64,000 nucleotides of DNA, taken from positions 14,586 to 78,585 of IMG/VR virus record IMGVR_UViG_3300031841_005424; one strand, given 5' to 3'. A program made the position numbers and the translations under genes. This document shows, piece after piece, positions 1 to 9,805 of this stretch. Each line of letters starts with the position of its first letter. Within the stretch, counting starts at the first letter, position 1. Origin of the DNA: a virus. The notes under the pieces are model-generated. The model worked only from the letters and a program-made list of their open reading frames with translations. It did not search any database and was not told where the DNA came from.

Positions 1-21
1 CCATTTTTTCTGAAATTTCAT
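1..21 (-). CDS. 5' end of a gene running off the window (MKFQKKW...)
   Basis: ATG at 19-21 preceded by AAGGTG SD and the ACTATTTA motif at 41-48. Confidence 0.5.
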
Positions 22-65
22 AAAAAACACCTTTATATTCTAAATAGTAACTTGTAAAGGACCGT

Positions 66-404
66 TCAATAAAAAATCTGTATTGCTATAATCAACATAG
101 AAAGAAACAAACAGAGCATGGTTTTGGTTGTGAACATTGACTCTCCCAGCAAATAATAGGTCAATATTGGAAATATCACAAATCCAGTGCAAGAGCCGAT
201 AAAACGAGCAGACCAAACAGAACCAGTCGCTTCGCTTACAAGCTTCCATGCGTACCAGAAGGATATACTAGCGGGGATTCCTATAGCTATGGCAGATAAT
301 ATCGGCTTGTCTTTCCACCATTCTGACATTTTCTGTAAGTTAAGTTGATACCAGCCAAAAATTTGACCTAAAAAAAATATTGCAATACCTAGCCAGAGCT
401 TCAT
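66..404 (-). CDS. Small 4-TM membrane protein, DMT/SMR-like
   Basis: 112 aa, four hydrophobic helices, 'YYLLGE' before the last helix as in DMT-superfamily proteins. Confidence 0.6.
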   Translation of the reverse strand: MKLWLGIAIFFLGQIFGWYQLNLQKMSEWWKDKPILSAIAIGIPASISFWYAWKLVSEATGSVWSARFIGSCTGFVIFPILTYYLLGESMFTTKTMLCLFLSMLIIAIQIFY

Positions 405-751
405 CAGTGTACTCTTAAGGAAACGTTGCCAATATTAGAAATAACAGCCATTTCTAAGCTGTGGGCTAACGTCGCAATCAATTGTATTTCCTGTGCCGAT
501 AAGTGTACCTCAGATACGTCTGCCTCAATCGACTGTTCTTCTAGTTCGCTTATGCGTTCGTTGAGGATCTGAGCTGATAATCTCATCTCTAACAACGAGA
601 TAAGAAGGTCCCCCTTTAGTTCAAAGAGGCCGCTGTAATGATCTTTTAAGAGGGAGTCTGCTCTTTGAAGGTAGGAAGAAACGGGCTCGTTTATCGCCTT
701 TAACGTAGAGACCTTAACTTTAAGTGCATCACTTTTGGACGACTTGTCCAT
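404..751 (-). CDS. Hypothetical protein
   Basis: 115-aa ORF in tightly coupled minus-strand run. Confidence 0.7.
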   Translation of the reverse strand: MDKSSKSDALKVKVSTLKAINEPVSSYLQRADSLLKDHYSGLFELKGDLLISLLEMRLSAQILNERISELEEQSIEADVSEVHLSAQEIQLIATLAHSLEMAVISNIGNVSLRVH

Positions 752-754
752 TTC

Positions 755-1015
755 TTACTCCTCTTTCTTTGTTTCAACTATTAGTTCTGAATATCCACCT
801 ACTTTTCTAGTATAGCCTGTGGCCTTGTTGTTTTCAAGTATAATCGGAACCGTTTCCTGATCATAAAACTTTTTATAGTCCTCCAAGATATGCTGTCGGG
901 TTTCATAGTCGCAAAAAACATATTCCAAGGGCATACTTTTACAATAATCTACAGCAAGGGCACAGAAGGTACAACTCGACCTTCCAAAGATTAAGTACCT
1001 AATATCGTTAGCCAT
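755..1015 (-). CDS. Glutaredoxin-like protein
   Basis: CTFC active site, TVP cis-Pro motif, GGYSEL motif. Confidence 0.85.
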   Translation of the reverse strand: MANDIRYLIFGRSSCTFCALAVDYCKSMPLEYVFCDYETRQHILEDYKKFYDQETVPIILENNKATGYTRKVGGYSELIVETKKEE

Positions 1016-1295
1016 TTAAGAGCCTTGTCTTTGCAGAAGCATCATTTATCGCTGAATAGATATGATCAGCTGTACCTACAGCTATGACTTCTTCGATTTT
1101 GCTGCCATGGTTAATTTTCAAGAGAGAGAACTCAGCACTCGAAAACTCGGATTTCTCTAGAAGCAAAAAATTCTGCGCTCCATCATAATCAGTGATCGAA
1201 ACTATATTGGAACTGTTAACATACATACTTTTGCAGTATATATCTCTTTTATAGCCATTGTTCTCTATCATTAATCTCTTTATTTTTATAAGCAT
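1008..1295 (-). CDS. Hypothetical protein
   Basis: 95-aa ORF overlapping the next gene start. Confidence 0.7.
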   Translation of the reverse strand: MLIKIKRLMIENNGYKRDIYCKSMYVNSSNIVSITDYDGAQNFLLLEKSEFSSAEFSLLKINHGSKIEEVIAVGTADHIYSAINDASAKTRLLNG

Positions 1296-1305
1296 TTTAC
1301 TCTCA

Positions 1306-1575
1306 CTACTCTAACGTTTTCAACACAAAGGCACAAATAAGACCCACAACACTGGTGAAAAGTGTCCAAATCATCTTAGAGGATGTTGTTTTCCAGGTCT
1401 CCAACTCTCTCAGCCTTGCATACAGGCCTTGATCGGGATTATAGACTGCTTCTTTTATTTTAGCGATGTCTTCTGACATCTCTTCTTGTTTATCTCTCAA
1501 AACATCAATACCATTACAAACCTTGTCAAGCTTTCCTTGCATTTCCAACATACAAAGTCTATTTTCTTCATTCAT
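1306..1575 (-). CDS. Coiled-coil protein with C-terminal TM helix
   Basis: Heptad-rich region then IWTLFTSVVGLICAFVL; start MNEEN at 1575 follows GGAGG. Confidence 0.6.
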   Translation of the reverse strand: MNEENRLCMLEMQGKLDKVCNGIDVLRDKQEEMSEDIAKIKEAVYNPDQGLYARLRELETWKTTSSKMIWTLFTSVVGLICAFVLKTLE

Positions 1576-1621
1576 AGCGCAGCCCTCCACATGTTTATAC
1601 TACTCTTGTAAGTAGTATTCT

Positions 1622-3187
1622 CTAGTGGACAATACTGTGATTAGTCAATAAAAGAGTACTAGCAACTGAAATAGCATTCTTTACAGCGCATCTAGTAACT
1701 TTCGCTGGATCAATGACTCCTGACTGGAAGAGGTCTTCTTTTTTGTTTGTAAGAAAATTGAAACCCTCTTTTTCGCCGCAGGCACCAAGGGTTAGTCTAA
1801 GCACCTCTGGGTTGTGTCCTGCGTTGACAGCCATGGTGTTAAATGGTGATTGTAGCGCTTTTCTGATAATGGTGAGTGCAGTTTCCTGTTCTTCGTTATC
1901 AAACTCCACGTCTAAGGCTTCTGAAACCTTCAGTAGGGTCATACCACCTCCGAGAACAATCCCCTCTTGCTGGGCACTATTAACGGCTTCCAGAGCATCT
2001 TCGATTCTGTGCTTCTTCTCAACCAACTCTACTTCAGAGTTTGCACCAACACGAATAATACCAACGCCAGAAGAGAGACGTGTGATTCTGTCCTGAAGGC
2101 GGGCTGCAGCATGAAGGTCCTCAGTGTCTTCAATTTCATTTTTGATCTCCTCTATTCTAGATTCTACCAAGTCATAATCTCCCTCACCATCAACTACAGT
2201 AGTTCTAGACTTACTGATCTCGATAGAGCGAGACGTGCCAAAATCAGACAAAGACACATCAGATAACTTATGTCCCATAGTCTGTTGTAAGAAAGTGGCT
2301 CCAGTTGCTGTAGCAAGATCACTCATAATGCCTCTTCTATCTTCGCCATAACTTGGAGCCTTAACGGCTGCAACTTTCATAGAACCTCTGATCGTATTCA
2401 TAATCAAAGCTGCTAAGGCCTGACCTTCGATCTCTTCGGCAACAATGACGAATGGCCTGCCCTCTCGGGCGGCAATTTCAAGTGAAGGCAAGATATCTGC
2501 AACTTGCTCAATCTTGTTATCGGTGATAAGGAACATTGGGTTATCGTATTTGACGAGTCCAAGTCGCTCATCAGTAACGAATGCCCTGGCAGCATATCCT
2601 GAGCTGAATTTAAACCCCTCCACCAGTTCCAGGGTTGTCTCGTGGGACCTGGCTTCCTCGATTGAAATAGAGCCGTTCTTACCCACCTTATCTACTGCCG
2701 TGGCAACTAGGTCCCCAATGACTGCATCATTGTTTGCAGAAATTGTAGCTACATGTCTGACGTCCTCAATTGAGGATACGGGTGTAGCCAAGGACGAGAT
2801 GCCTTCACAGACAACTTCGCAGCATTTATCTAGGCCTCTCTTAATCTCGATAGGGGAGACGCCGGCCTCAATGTGCTTATTAGCCTGACGGAGAATTTCT
2901 CTAGCTAGAATCGTACTAGTAGTAGTCCCATCACCTGCTTCAGAGTTGGTCATCGCAGAAACCTGCTTGACAATCTGGGCTCCAGCATTCATGTGAGGGT
3001 CTTCAAAATCCATATTCACCGCAACGGTGACTCCATCTTTTGTGATGAATGGCATCTTATCTTTCTGGTGGATAAGAACATTTTGACCCTTTGGTCCAAG
3101 GGTAGTCGCAACATAATCAGCCAGAGTATTCACTCCCTCTAAGACCTTGTTGCGTAAGGTCTGGCCGTGTTCTAACTTAGTAGTCAT
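1622..3187 (-). CDS. groEL: Chaperonin GroEL (Cpn60)
   Basis: TLGPKG, ITKDGVTVA, AGDGTTT, IEDAL, VIDP motifs; lacks the C-terminal GGM tail. Confidence 0.97.
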   Translation of the reverse strand: MTTKLEHGQTLRNKVLEGVNTLADYVATTLGPKGQNVLIHQKDKMPFITKDGVTVAVNMDFEDPHMNAGAQIVKQVSAMTNSEAGDGTTTSTILAREILRQANKHIEAGVSPIEIKRGLDKCCEVVCEGISSLATPVSSIEDVRHVATISANNDAVIGDLVATAVDKVGKNGSISIEEARSHETTLELVEGFKFSSGYAARAFVTDERLGLVKYDNPMFLITDNKIEQVADILPSLEIAAREGRPFVIVAEEIEGQALAALIMNTIRGSMKVAAVKAPSYGEDRRGIMSDLATATGATFLQQTMGHKLSDVSLSDFGTSRSIEISKSRTTVVDGEGDYDLVESRIEEIKNEIEDTEDLHAAARLQDRITRLSSGVGIIRVGANSEVELVEKKHRIEDALEAVNSAQQEGIVLGGGMTLLKVSEALDVEFDNEEQETALTIIRKALQSPFNTMAVNAGHNPEVLRLTLGACGEKEGFNFLTNKKEDLFQSGVIDPAKVTRCAVKNAISVASTLLLTNHSIVH

Positions 3188-3211
3188 GTAACCTCTCTTT
3201 GTTATACTACT

Positions 3212-3239
3212 ATTATAATGTAATTTGAAAAAAAGTCAA
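3212..3239 (-). promoter_or_regulatory. sigma70-like promoter for groEL
   Basis: TTGACT-16 nt-TATAAT on the minus strand. Confidence 0.7.
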
Positions 3240-3253
3240 GTGGTTTTTTAGTT

Positions 3254-5191
3254 TTATTCTTCACTGGCCTGCTTGAGATCAGTTGTTCTTTGAATGATGT
3301 CGTTTGAAGCGTCGATAGCTGCGTCTGCCATAGCTTCGTCTTGCATCCCGCCAGCCATGTAAGAATAGGTGTTGTCTTGTACGTTCTTTACGCTTAAGAA
3401 GATACCGAAGATAGCATCGTTAATAAGACTAGTCATTCTGTTTAGCATGTTTTGTGTATTCTGCATACCTATTTGAAGTTCTGCAAACTTTGGCTCTGTC
3501 TGCCCTTCTGGTAACGTTCTTTGTTTCGTGAGGGTGTGGACTTTTGCCACGACAGATTGGTTTAGGTTGAACTGCTCGGTTGTAAGATACCCATAACATT
3601 GCTTTAGTGCAGCTTTTCTCTCCTCGTCGGAGCGACCTTCGGCATTATACCATTTTAATGATTCCTCAATTGAGGCAAACAAATTAGATGGTCCGCCACC
3701 AGATTTCAGCTTCCCAAGACGCTCATCTTTTAGTTTGGATTTGGAATAAACAGATAGAACACTGTCTTCGCCTGCTGCTGTTCCTTTTCCACCATTGTTA
3801 GCGTTCTTTGCACAAGTAGCTAGATTCCTTGCCTTCGTTTTTAACGCCTTGGCATCAAGGCCTTGGACGGCTGGATGGTTCGCTGCTTGTGCTTGCGTTA
3901 AAGCACCGAGTATAACACTCTGCAAAGCACTCCATCCTTTACGGCCGTCGTCTCCTCTGGCGTCTTGACCCATCATTTTTGAGTCGCCCCTAGAAACATA
4001 AGCTGGGGTTGGCTCAAAGTCTTCTGGAGGCTCTTCTCCCTTCTTTTCTAGCTTTTCAAGATACTCCTTATCGGGACTGTAAAATACGAAGTAGGTGTCT
4101 TCTGTGGACCAGTTTATTGCTGCTGTAATCATACGAAATAGATCCTCATCTACTTGGCCCATTTCATTTCCATTTGCAACCTGTGTTTCATTATACACTG
4201 CAATTTCTTTCTTGAAAGCGTTCAAAAATACATTCTCAAGCTGTTCTGGAGAAGGGACAGCGGAACCTGGTAGAGTTGCTGCAAAGTCAGGTGTCTCGCC
4301 AGACATGAAAGATACAGGAAGCTGAATGCACTTTTGAGACTTTGCTGATGAGCGGGCGAGGATGTCAAATACGTTTTCCAGTGTAAAGTCAAACTGATAC
4401 CAGCGAAGTATTCCGTTGATGTCTAGACCTTCTTTTTGGCCACCTTCAAACTCTTTTGTTACCGCAAGATAACGCATGAATGGGTGGTCAAAAGCCTCCT
4501 TCTGTTCTGCTAAATCGTTCGCTAGATCGGTAAATGAACCACCAACGTGCAGTTTGCCTTCCTGATAAAGCTTTAGAGAGATAGGCGTGTTTGTTCCATC
4601 TGCTCTTGAAACAAAGTCAGCAATGGTTCCTGTGTTTGCTTTAACCTGATAACCAGAAACAAGAACAGCAAGGAAAGCTTCAAAGTTAAACCCTGCTGAT
4701 GCAGCATTAAAGTTTGAGATAACTTTTGTAAGTGTCTTGAAGAAGGTTAAATACCCAAGAGCCGCTGCGATTTGTCTTGGCATTGATGAACTACCTTCTG
4801 GAAACATTTCCTGCATTGCTGCGTCGGGGTCGTCATAGAACTTTGCCAAAGAGTTAATTTTTGTTTGGAAGCTGTCACCTTGGATTTTGGAAAGAAACTG
4901 CTCTAGCTTCTTTCTTTCGGGGCCAGAGACTGCTGTGTCTCCCTCACCTGTAAGGTTCGTCCATCCAAGTTCCGAAACTGCAATCTCTGGGACTGCCTGC
5001 AAAGTCATTGAGACTTCTTTTCTCTCATTAACAAACTGCTCTCTAAGAAGCTCTATTTCGCTTTTGTGGGTCTTAAAAAGCTTGTCTTTTTCTACCTCAT
5101 AGACTTCTGCGATTAGACCATAAAGGTCTCCAAAAGTTGAAAGCGATGGTTTCTTGTTGTTCTCAGATAAAAATTCTTTGTGCCAGGTCAT
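3254..5191 (-). CDS. Hypothetical 645-aa protein, possible PD-(D/E)xK-like nuclease fold; candidate internal virion protein
   Basis: GFNFEAFLA...IADF...ISLKL pattern; late-motif variant at 5209-5216. Confidence 0.45.
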   Translation of the reverse strand: MTWHKEFLSENNKKPSLSTFGDLYGLIAEVYEVEKDKLFKTHKSEIELLREQFVNERKEVSMTLQAVPEIAVSELGWTNLTGEGDTAVSGPERKKLEQFLSKIQGDSFQTKINSLAKFYDDPDAAMQEMFPEGSSSMPRQIAAALGYLTFFKTLTKVISNFNAASAGFNFEAFLAVLVSGYQVKANTGTIADFVSRADGTNTPISLKLYQEGKLHVGGSFTDLANDLAEQKEAFDHPFMRYLAVTKEFEGGQKEGLDINGILRWYQFDFTLENVFDILARSSAKSQKCIQLPVSFMSGETPDFAATLPGSAVPSPEQLENVFLNAFKKEIAVYNETQVANGNEMGQVDEDLFRMITAAINWSTEDTYFVFYSPDKEYLEKLEKKGEEPPEDFEPTPAYVSRGDSKMMGQDARGDDGRKGWSALQSVILGALTQAQAANHPAVQGLDAKALKTKARNLATCAKNANNGGKGTAAGEDSVLSVYSKSKLKDERLGKLKSGGGPSNLFASIEESLKWYNAEGRSDEERKAALKQCYGYLTTEQFNLNQSVVAKVHTLTKQRTLPEGQTEPKFAELQIGMQNTQNMLNRMTSLINDAIFGIFLSVKNVQDNTYSYMAGGMQDEAMADAAIDASNDIIQRTTDLKQASEE

Positions 5192-5211
5192 GATCTATCC
5201 CCTTGGTATAA

Positions 5212-5931
5212 TTAGATTATTTCGTCAGCAATGCCCAACTTAATTGCTTCCTCTGCAGAGATGTAAACATCTCTCTGAGTCTTGAGCATTCTCTTGATCT
5301 TCGTCTTGGTCATCTTCGTATATCCAGCCAAGGTTTCTATGTAGCTGTCCTGAACCCACTTGATTTCTTCTAGCTCATTTTCCATATTGAAGATTGTTCC
5401 GCCGGCTCCTGCGAGCACGTTATGTAACATGATCCTGCAGTTCTTGCCAATCTTTCTACGGCCTGGGGTGCCTGCTGCCAGAATCGGTACACCTGCAGAC
5501 ATAACCTTACCTATTCCTATTGTCTCTATGTCGCAAGTTCTTTCCTTTATCATGTCCATAACATCCAAGATAGAAAACATATCAGATGCTACTCCACCAT
5601 GAGTTGAAACGTACATCTGAATAGGTCTTGCGACGGTCAAGACTGGAGATTTTGGATCAGATGGATTCTCGAAAATCTGTGTAAGAGAGCTGCTCTCTAA
5701 ATACAACAAAGCAGCAACCACATCTGCACCTCGGGGCTCAGATATATCCCCATAAAGGCTTATCGTTCTTAATTCTGGAGTATCATCCTGGGGTGGCTGG
5801 ATATTGTTGATAATAACGAATTTTTTATCATCAATCGAGTCTAGTGTCGTTGGCTCCAAGTCTATGTGTTGGAGTTCTTCTGCTTTCTTTTTCTTGTTTT
5901 TGTTCTTTTTGTCTTTCTTTTTATCGCTCAT
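5212..5931 (-). CDS. clpP: ClpP-family serine protease
   Basis: LYGDI, STHGG, VMSAG (catalytic Ser), IMLHN (His), YISAEEAIKLGIADEII. Confidence 0.92.
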   Translation of the reverse strand: MSDKKKDKKNKNKKKKAEELQHIDLEPTTLDSIDDKKFVIINNIQPPQDDTPELRTISLYGDISEPRGADVVAALLYLESSSLTQIFENPSDPKSPVLTVARPIQMYVSTHGGVASDMFSILDVMDMIKERTCDIETIGIGKVMSAGVPILAAGTPGRRKIGKNCRIMLHNVLAGAGGTIFNMENELEEIKWVQDSYIETLAGYTKMTKTKIKRMLKTQRDVYISAEEAIKLGIADEII

Positions 5932-6176
5932 TTTATCTCTTTCACAATAATATTGTTGTCTAAGCTGCCTATAAAAGCCACAAACTCATCATTTGATGAG
6001 AAAACTTTCTTAAAAATTAATATTTCCTCATCCTTTGTCGTATCCACACCTTGTGCGACATTAGACCAATCCGAAAACATGTCAAAAATATATTTTTCTT
6101 CTTCTACGGGGAAAGACAACTGAATTCTATATTCGTTTTCTTGCCTCCAGAAGACCCCTCTTGTTTTTTCTTTCAT
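5928..6176 (-). CDS. Hypothetical protein
   Basis: 82 aa, ATGA overlap with clpP. Confidence 0.65.
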   Translation of the reverse strand: MKEKTRGVFWRQENEYRIQLSFPVEEEKYIFDMFSDWSNVAQGVDTTKDEEILIFKKVFSSNDEFVAFIGSLDNNIIVKEIK

Positions 6177-6246
6177 AACAAATGCACTCCGAAAATTGTG
6201 AGCACTTGTTATAACTATTATAACAGAAATGTTTTAGCATGTATAT

Positions 6247-6281
6247 AAAAAAACCCCAAAGATTTTAGTCTTTGGGGTTTT
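6247..6281. terminator. Intrinsic terminator, potentially bidirectional
   Basis: AAAACCCCAAAGA / TCTTTGGGGTTTT inverted repeat flanked by A/T runs. Confidence 0.85.
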
Positions 6282-6308
6282 GGATCCAAATGAGTGAAAA
6301 TAAGATCC

Positions 6309-6866
6309 TTACTTGCTATTCATCTTCTCGCGAATAATACGCTTTGTTACTCTGCGAAGAATCTCCTGAACAACAGCATCTCTGTCTTCAAGAAGGTCCT
6401 CCTCCTCTTCTTCCTCAGGCTCGCCCATGTCCATCTCTGGCTCTTCCTCAGGCTCACCCATGTCCATCTCTGGCTCTTCCATCTCTGGCTCTTCCATCTC
6501 TGGCTCTGCAGCCATGGCTTCCTTCAGACGCTCGCCAAGCTCAATAAGGACCTGAGCCTCTTCCTCGGTAAGGCTGATGTCTGCGTCACCTGGCTCTTCG
6601 TCCATGTCCATGTCCATGTCGAGTTCCATGTCCTCTTCGTCGGCGGCTTCTTCTTCCTGCTCAGTGATCTCTTCTTCCTGCTCAGTGATCTCTTCTTCCT
6701 GCTCAGTGATCTCTTCTTCAGTCTCGTTAATCTCTTCTTCGTCGTCTCTCTTGTTCATCTTTCCATAACCCATCTCCTGAATGAAGTTATCAGTGAGGGG
6801 CGATGTATTTGCCAACGCCATAAATCGGCGGACTGTATTTTCGTTAAGTAATTTCTTGTCACTCAT
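6309..6866 (-). CDS. Highly acidic repeat protein, probable head-internal/scaffold-like
   Basis: EEEITEQ and EPEM repeats; N-terminal VRRFMALAN motif; late motif at 6912-6919. Confidence 0.6.
   Translation of the reverse strand: MSDKKLLNENTVRRFMALANTSPLTDNFIQEMGYGKMNKRDDEEEINETEEEITEQEEEITEQEEEITEQEEEAADEEDMELDMDMDMDEEPGDADISLTEEEAQVLIELGERLKEAMAAEPEMEEPEMEEPEMDMGEPEEEPEMDMGEPEEEEEEDLLEDRDAVVQEILRRVTKRIIREKMNSK
6650..6719. repeat. 21-bp coding tandem repeat (EEEITEQ x3+)
   Basis: cttcttcctgctcagtgatct repeated three times. Confidence 0.9.
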
Positions 6867-6911
6867 TTAAAAAATCTCCTTTTATACACAAAATGGTGTG
6901 AAATACATAAA

Positions 6912-6919
6912 TAAATAGT
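6912..6919 (-). promoter_or_regulatory. Putative late-promoter motif ACTATTTA
   Basis: One of a family of intergenic copies. Confidence 0.6.
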
Positions 6920-6936
6920 GCTTTTACACTATAAAA

Positions 6937-7152
6937 TCATTTTTTTATTCTCTTTGAAAGCTTCTTCAAAGCCTGCTTTTCGATTTGCGATACCCTAACC
7001 AAAGATATGTGCAATCTTTTCGCCACTTCCTCTAGAGTCATGGCTCCATGTTTCTCTATCGCAGTAAGGGCACAGTTGTCGTCTTCTGGGTAGTCAATCC
7101 AGTATCTATAGTTTTGTTCGTTCTTTTCAATGTTTTCTTTATTCTTCTTCAA
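6937..7152 (-). CDS. Stand-alone sigma70 region-4 HTH protein
   Basis: MTLEEVAKRLHISLVRVSQIEKQALKKL matches sigma region 4.2. Confidence 0.85.
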   Translation of the reverse strand: MKKNKENIEKNEQNYRYWIDYPEDDNCALTAIEKHGAMTLEEVAKRLHISLVRVSQIEKQALKKLSKRIKK

Positions 7153-7453
7153 AGTCTTCCTCTATTAGATCAAATATAAAATTCTTCTCGTTCTCTGTCA
7201 AACCTAAATCATGCAAAATTTCCTCCCCTTGTTCTATTTCTTTCACAGAGGCTTTTCTCTTTCTCTTTCCCATTGAGCTTTTTTCAATCTTTATTCTTTC
7301 CACTATCTTAGCCATCTCCAAATCGTTGTCGACATATAACTTTACTAATCCCCTGAAAAAGTTTCCCTGAGTTAATCTGTCATACCTCAACCTAACAATC
7401 ATTCTAGCGTGCTGGTCATCAACTTCTTTAAATTGTATTATCTTCGTTTTCAT
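7139..7453 (-). CDS. Hypothetical protein
   Basis: 104 aa, overlaps both neighbours. Confidence 0.7.
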   Translation of the reverse strand: MKTKIIQFKEVDDQHARMIVRLRYDRLTQGNFFRGLVKLYVDNDLEMAKIVERIKIEKSSMGKRKRKASVKEIEQGEEILHDLGLTENEKNFIFDLIEEDFEEE

Positions 7454-8487
7454 CTGGACAAGATATGAGTACTGCTCTCTAATTGACCTGCTGAAGATTG
7501 CTGAATAAAGTCAGCCACAGACTGCATTTCGGAAATACTTCTTGCTCCAGAATAAGACAGACCAGACTTTATGTTCTTCACAAGATTAGCAATAATATTA
7601 TTGACGGAACCCTTATATGGTATGGTGGTGGAAATACCCTCCAGAGACCTTGCTTGTCCCCGCCAGGCAACCTGTGCCTCGACACTGGCCATACCTCTAT
7701 AAACCTTATATTTCTTATCAGCTTTCCCACTCAGAACCTCTCCAGGACTTTCATCGGTGCCAGCCAACATAGAGCCGAGCATAACAAAATCAGCACCAGC
7801 AGCGAGCGCCTTCACGATATCTCCAGAGGTCTTTATACCCCCATCGGCGATGATTGCCGCACCAGGCGTGTCCCTGCAATCATAGACAGACTGAAATGTT
7901 GGCACACCATGACCAGTCTGAATCCTTGTGGAACAAATAGATCCTCCTCCTATACCTATTCTTACAGCGTCGGCTCCCCACTCAGACAAATCAGAGTAAC
8001 CTTCCGCAGTCGCGACGTTACCCGCAATAATGGCGATAGAGTCAGCATGTTTATCTCTGAGAGATTTGATAGTTCTTTCGACCAAAACGTGATGGCCATG
8101 GGCAACATCAACACATATTAGACGGGCGCCGGCTTCGATAAGGTCCTCAGCCCTCTTTACGCTGTCCTTAGAAGCCCCGATTGCTGCAGAGAGCTTTCCC
8201 GCAAATACATTCGATTCTAACTCGAGTATATCTCTCGTTTCATGCAAGATTCTTATTTGCTCTTCTGCACTCTTATATCTGTGCAAAATACCCAAACCGC
8301 CATGGCGAGCCATAGTTATCATCATGTTTGATTCAGTGACCGTATCCATGGGGCTTGAAATTATCGGCATAGTAAAATTGACATTACCAATAGTCGAGTT
8401 TAGACTAACTTCGTCTCTCGTCCTGATGTTGCTACTCTTCGGCACCAGTAGTATATCATCAAACGACAAAACTTGCTTAGGTCTCAT
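7450..8487 (-). CDS. guaB: IMP dehydrogenase / GMP reductase family protein (no CBS domains)
   Basis: [33 protein letters not shown] (catalytic Cys), IIADGG, YRGMAS; guaB versus guaC cannot be decided by eye. Confidence 0.85.
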   Translation of the reverse strand: MRPKQVLSFDDILLVPKSSNIRTRDEVSLNSTIGNVNFTMPIISSPMDTVTESNMMITMARHGGLGILHRYKSAEEQIRILHETRDILELESNVFAGKLSAAIGASKDSVKRAEDLIEAGARLICVDVAHGHHVLVERTIKSLRDKHADSIAIIAGNVATAEGYSDLSEWGADAVRIGIGGGSICSTRIQTGHGVPTFQSVYDCRDTPGAAIIADGGIKTSGDIVKALAAGADFVMLGSMLAGTDESPGEVLSGKADKKYKVYRGMASVEAQVAWRGQARSLEGISTTIPYKGSVNNIIANLVKNIKSGLSYSGARSISEMQSVADFIQQSSAGQLESSTHILSR

Positions 8488-8704
8488 TGTTTAGTGTTCC
8501 TCCTTGGTCAAAACAGTCAAGACAAAGAAGATCCAAGTTCTCACTCTGCTGATTAATCTTCCAGTTATCAATCTTCTCATCTGGATGTGGTGGCCTTTGA
8601 CATGACGAACATACCACCATCTTTTTAAACTGTCTCATCCTCTTTTTAAATTCCTTGAAGACAGTCTTTTGCTTTTTTCTTGCGATCTTCCTTGCTAAAC
8701 TCAT
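8477..8704 (-). CDS. Small basic Zn-finger-like protein
   Basis: CSSC...CLDC; likely start MSLARK at 8704. Confidence 0.6.
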   Translation of the reverse strand: MSLARKIARKKQKTVFKEFKKRMRQFKKMVVCSSCQRPPHPDEKIDNWKINQQSENLDLLCLDCFDQGGTLNNET

Positions 8705-8705
8705 T

Positions 8706-9161
8706 TTATTCTCCTGTAGATCCAAAGCCGCCAGTGCCACGAGCGGTCCTTCTAGAATACACCATATCTTCATCTATTTCAACAAGAATCGGAGAGGATA
8801 TTGGAATAAACACACCTTGAGCCAACTTCGTCCCCGGTTCAATAACTTGCTCAGTTGTTCCTATGTTTTGAAGGTTCACGAACAATTCTCCATCATAGCC
8901 ACAATCCACAACACAGGCTCCGGTGATTAACTGTTTCTTGGACGCTACACCCGACTTGTTCATAATCTGGAGCATATGCCCCTCCGGGACGCCAATCTTT
9001 AGACCTGTTCCCAAGATTGCAGACTGATTAGGCTGCAAAACAACAGGTTCATTGTTCTCTGGGGCAAAAAAGAAATCCATACCCGCGTCGAGGTCATGGG
9101 CCCTCAGCGGTAGTCGTGCGGATTCCCTCAATCTATAAACTCTAACTTTTTCTTTAAGCAT
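8706..9161 (-). CDS. dut: dUTPase
   Basis: AGMDF, NKSG, VVDCGYDGE, KLAQ, RGTGGFGSTG. Confidence 0.96.
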   Translation of the reverse strand: MLKEKVRVYRLRESARLPLRAHDLDAGMDFFFAPENNEPVVLQPNQSAILGTGLKIGVPEGHMLQIMNKSGVASKKQLITGACVVDCGYDGELFVNLQNIGTTEQVIEPGTKLAQGVFIPISSPILVEIDEDMVYSRRTARGTGGFGSTGE

Positions 9162-9795
9162 TTCTCTCTCCTTTTGTTTTTACGTCCTGCTCCTCAAGAA
9201 GTGTATATGTAAAACTGTTTCCAAACTTGTCGGCGCACTTGTTGCAAGTATCCATAAACTCATAAAAGTCCTTACTTGATTGAAACACTTGGCAACCAGC
9301 TGACACGCCATCAGTGTATTCTCTTTCATCAGAGCCAAACTGACGGTGGATATTAATGCCATAAAACCCCTCGTGCTCTGGACCCACATAATCTGGAGTA
9401 GTATCTCTGTTGGTGTCTCTCCAAATCCTCACCTTTCCATTACGTTGACATAGAGCTGTATACTTTCTCTTTCCTCCATGAATATCGATCTTATACACTC
9501 CCCTATATTGATCCGGTACCAGAATCGCAGTGCCCGTCGAAACGATAGGTTTTGTCAGTATCCTTGTACCAGGCTCTGTGGTTGCTGGGTACATGTCACA
9601 CACCCATTGGCCATTAATCTTATAGAACAAATTAATAAAATCATCAAACTGTGATGCATCACCTGAATCATTTCTCACTCCTATGATATTGAGATTATAG
9701 TCTCCGTTTTCAAAGAATGCATAACCCTTGTTCTCTAAGGTATCTTTATAATGTTCTGCCATTATCTTGGCAGCAAGCCCTGTTATTCTAGACAT
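9154..9795 (-). CDS. YkuD/L,D-transpeptidase-like Cys-His enzyme; candidate endolysin
   Basis: GINIHR...SAGCQVF resembles the YkuD H-x(n)-S-x-G-C active site. Confidence 0.55.
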   Translation of the reverse strand: MSRITGLAAKIMAEHYKDTLENKGYAFFENGDYNLNIIGVRNDSGDASQFDDFINLFYKINGQWVCDMYPATTEPGTRILTKPIVSTGTAILVPDQYRGVYKIDIHGGKRKYTALCQRNGKVRIWRDTNRDTTPDYVGPEHEGFYGINIHRQFGSDEREYTDGVSAGCQVFQSSKDFYEFMDTCNKCADKFGNSFTYTLLEEQDVKTKGERNA

Positions 9796-9805
9796 TACTT
9801 TCTCC

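Noticed and set aside
6400-6720. Short direct repeats resembling a CRISPR array
   Set aside because: Tandem, in-frame, spacer-less repeats encoding acidic peptides
1622-8487. Bacterial chromosome or prophage flank suggested by groEL, clpP and guaB
   Set aside because: These genes are divergent, interleaved with phage-type ORFs and share the phage promoter motifs; no integrase or att site was seen
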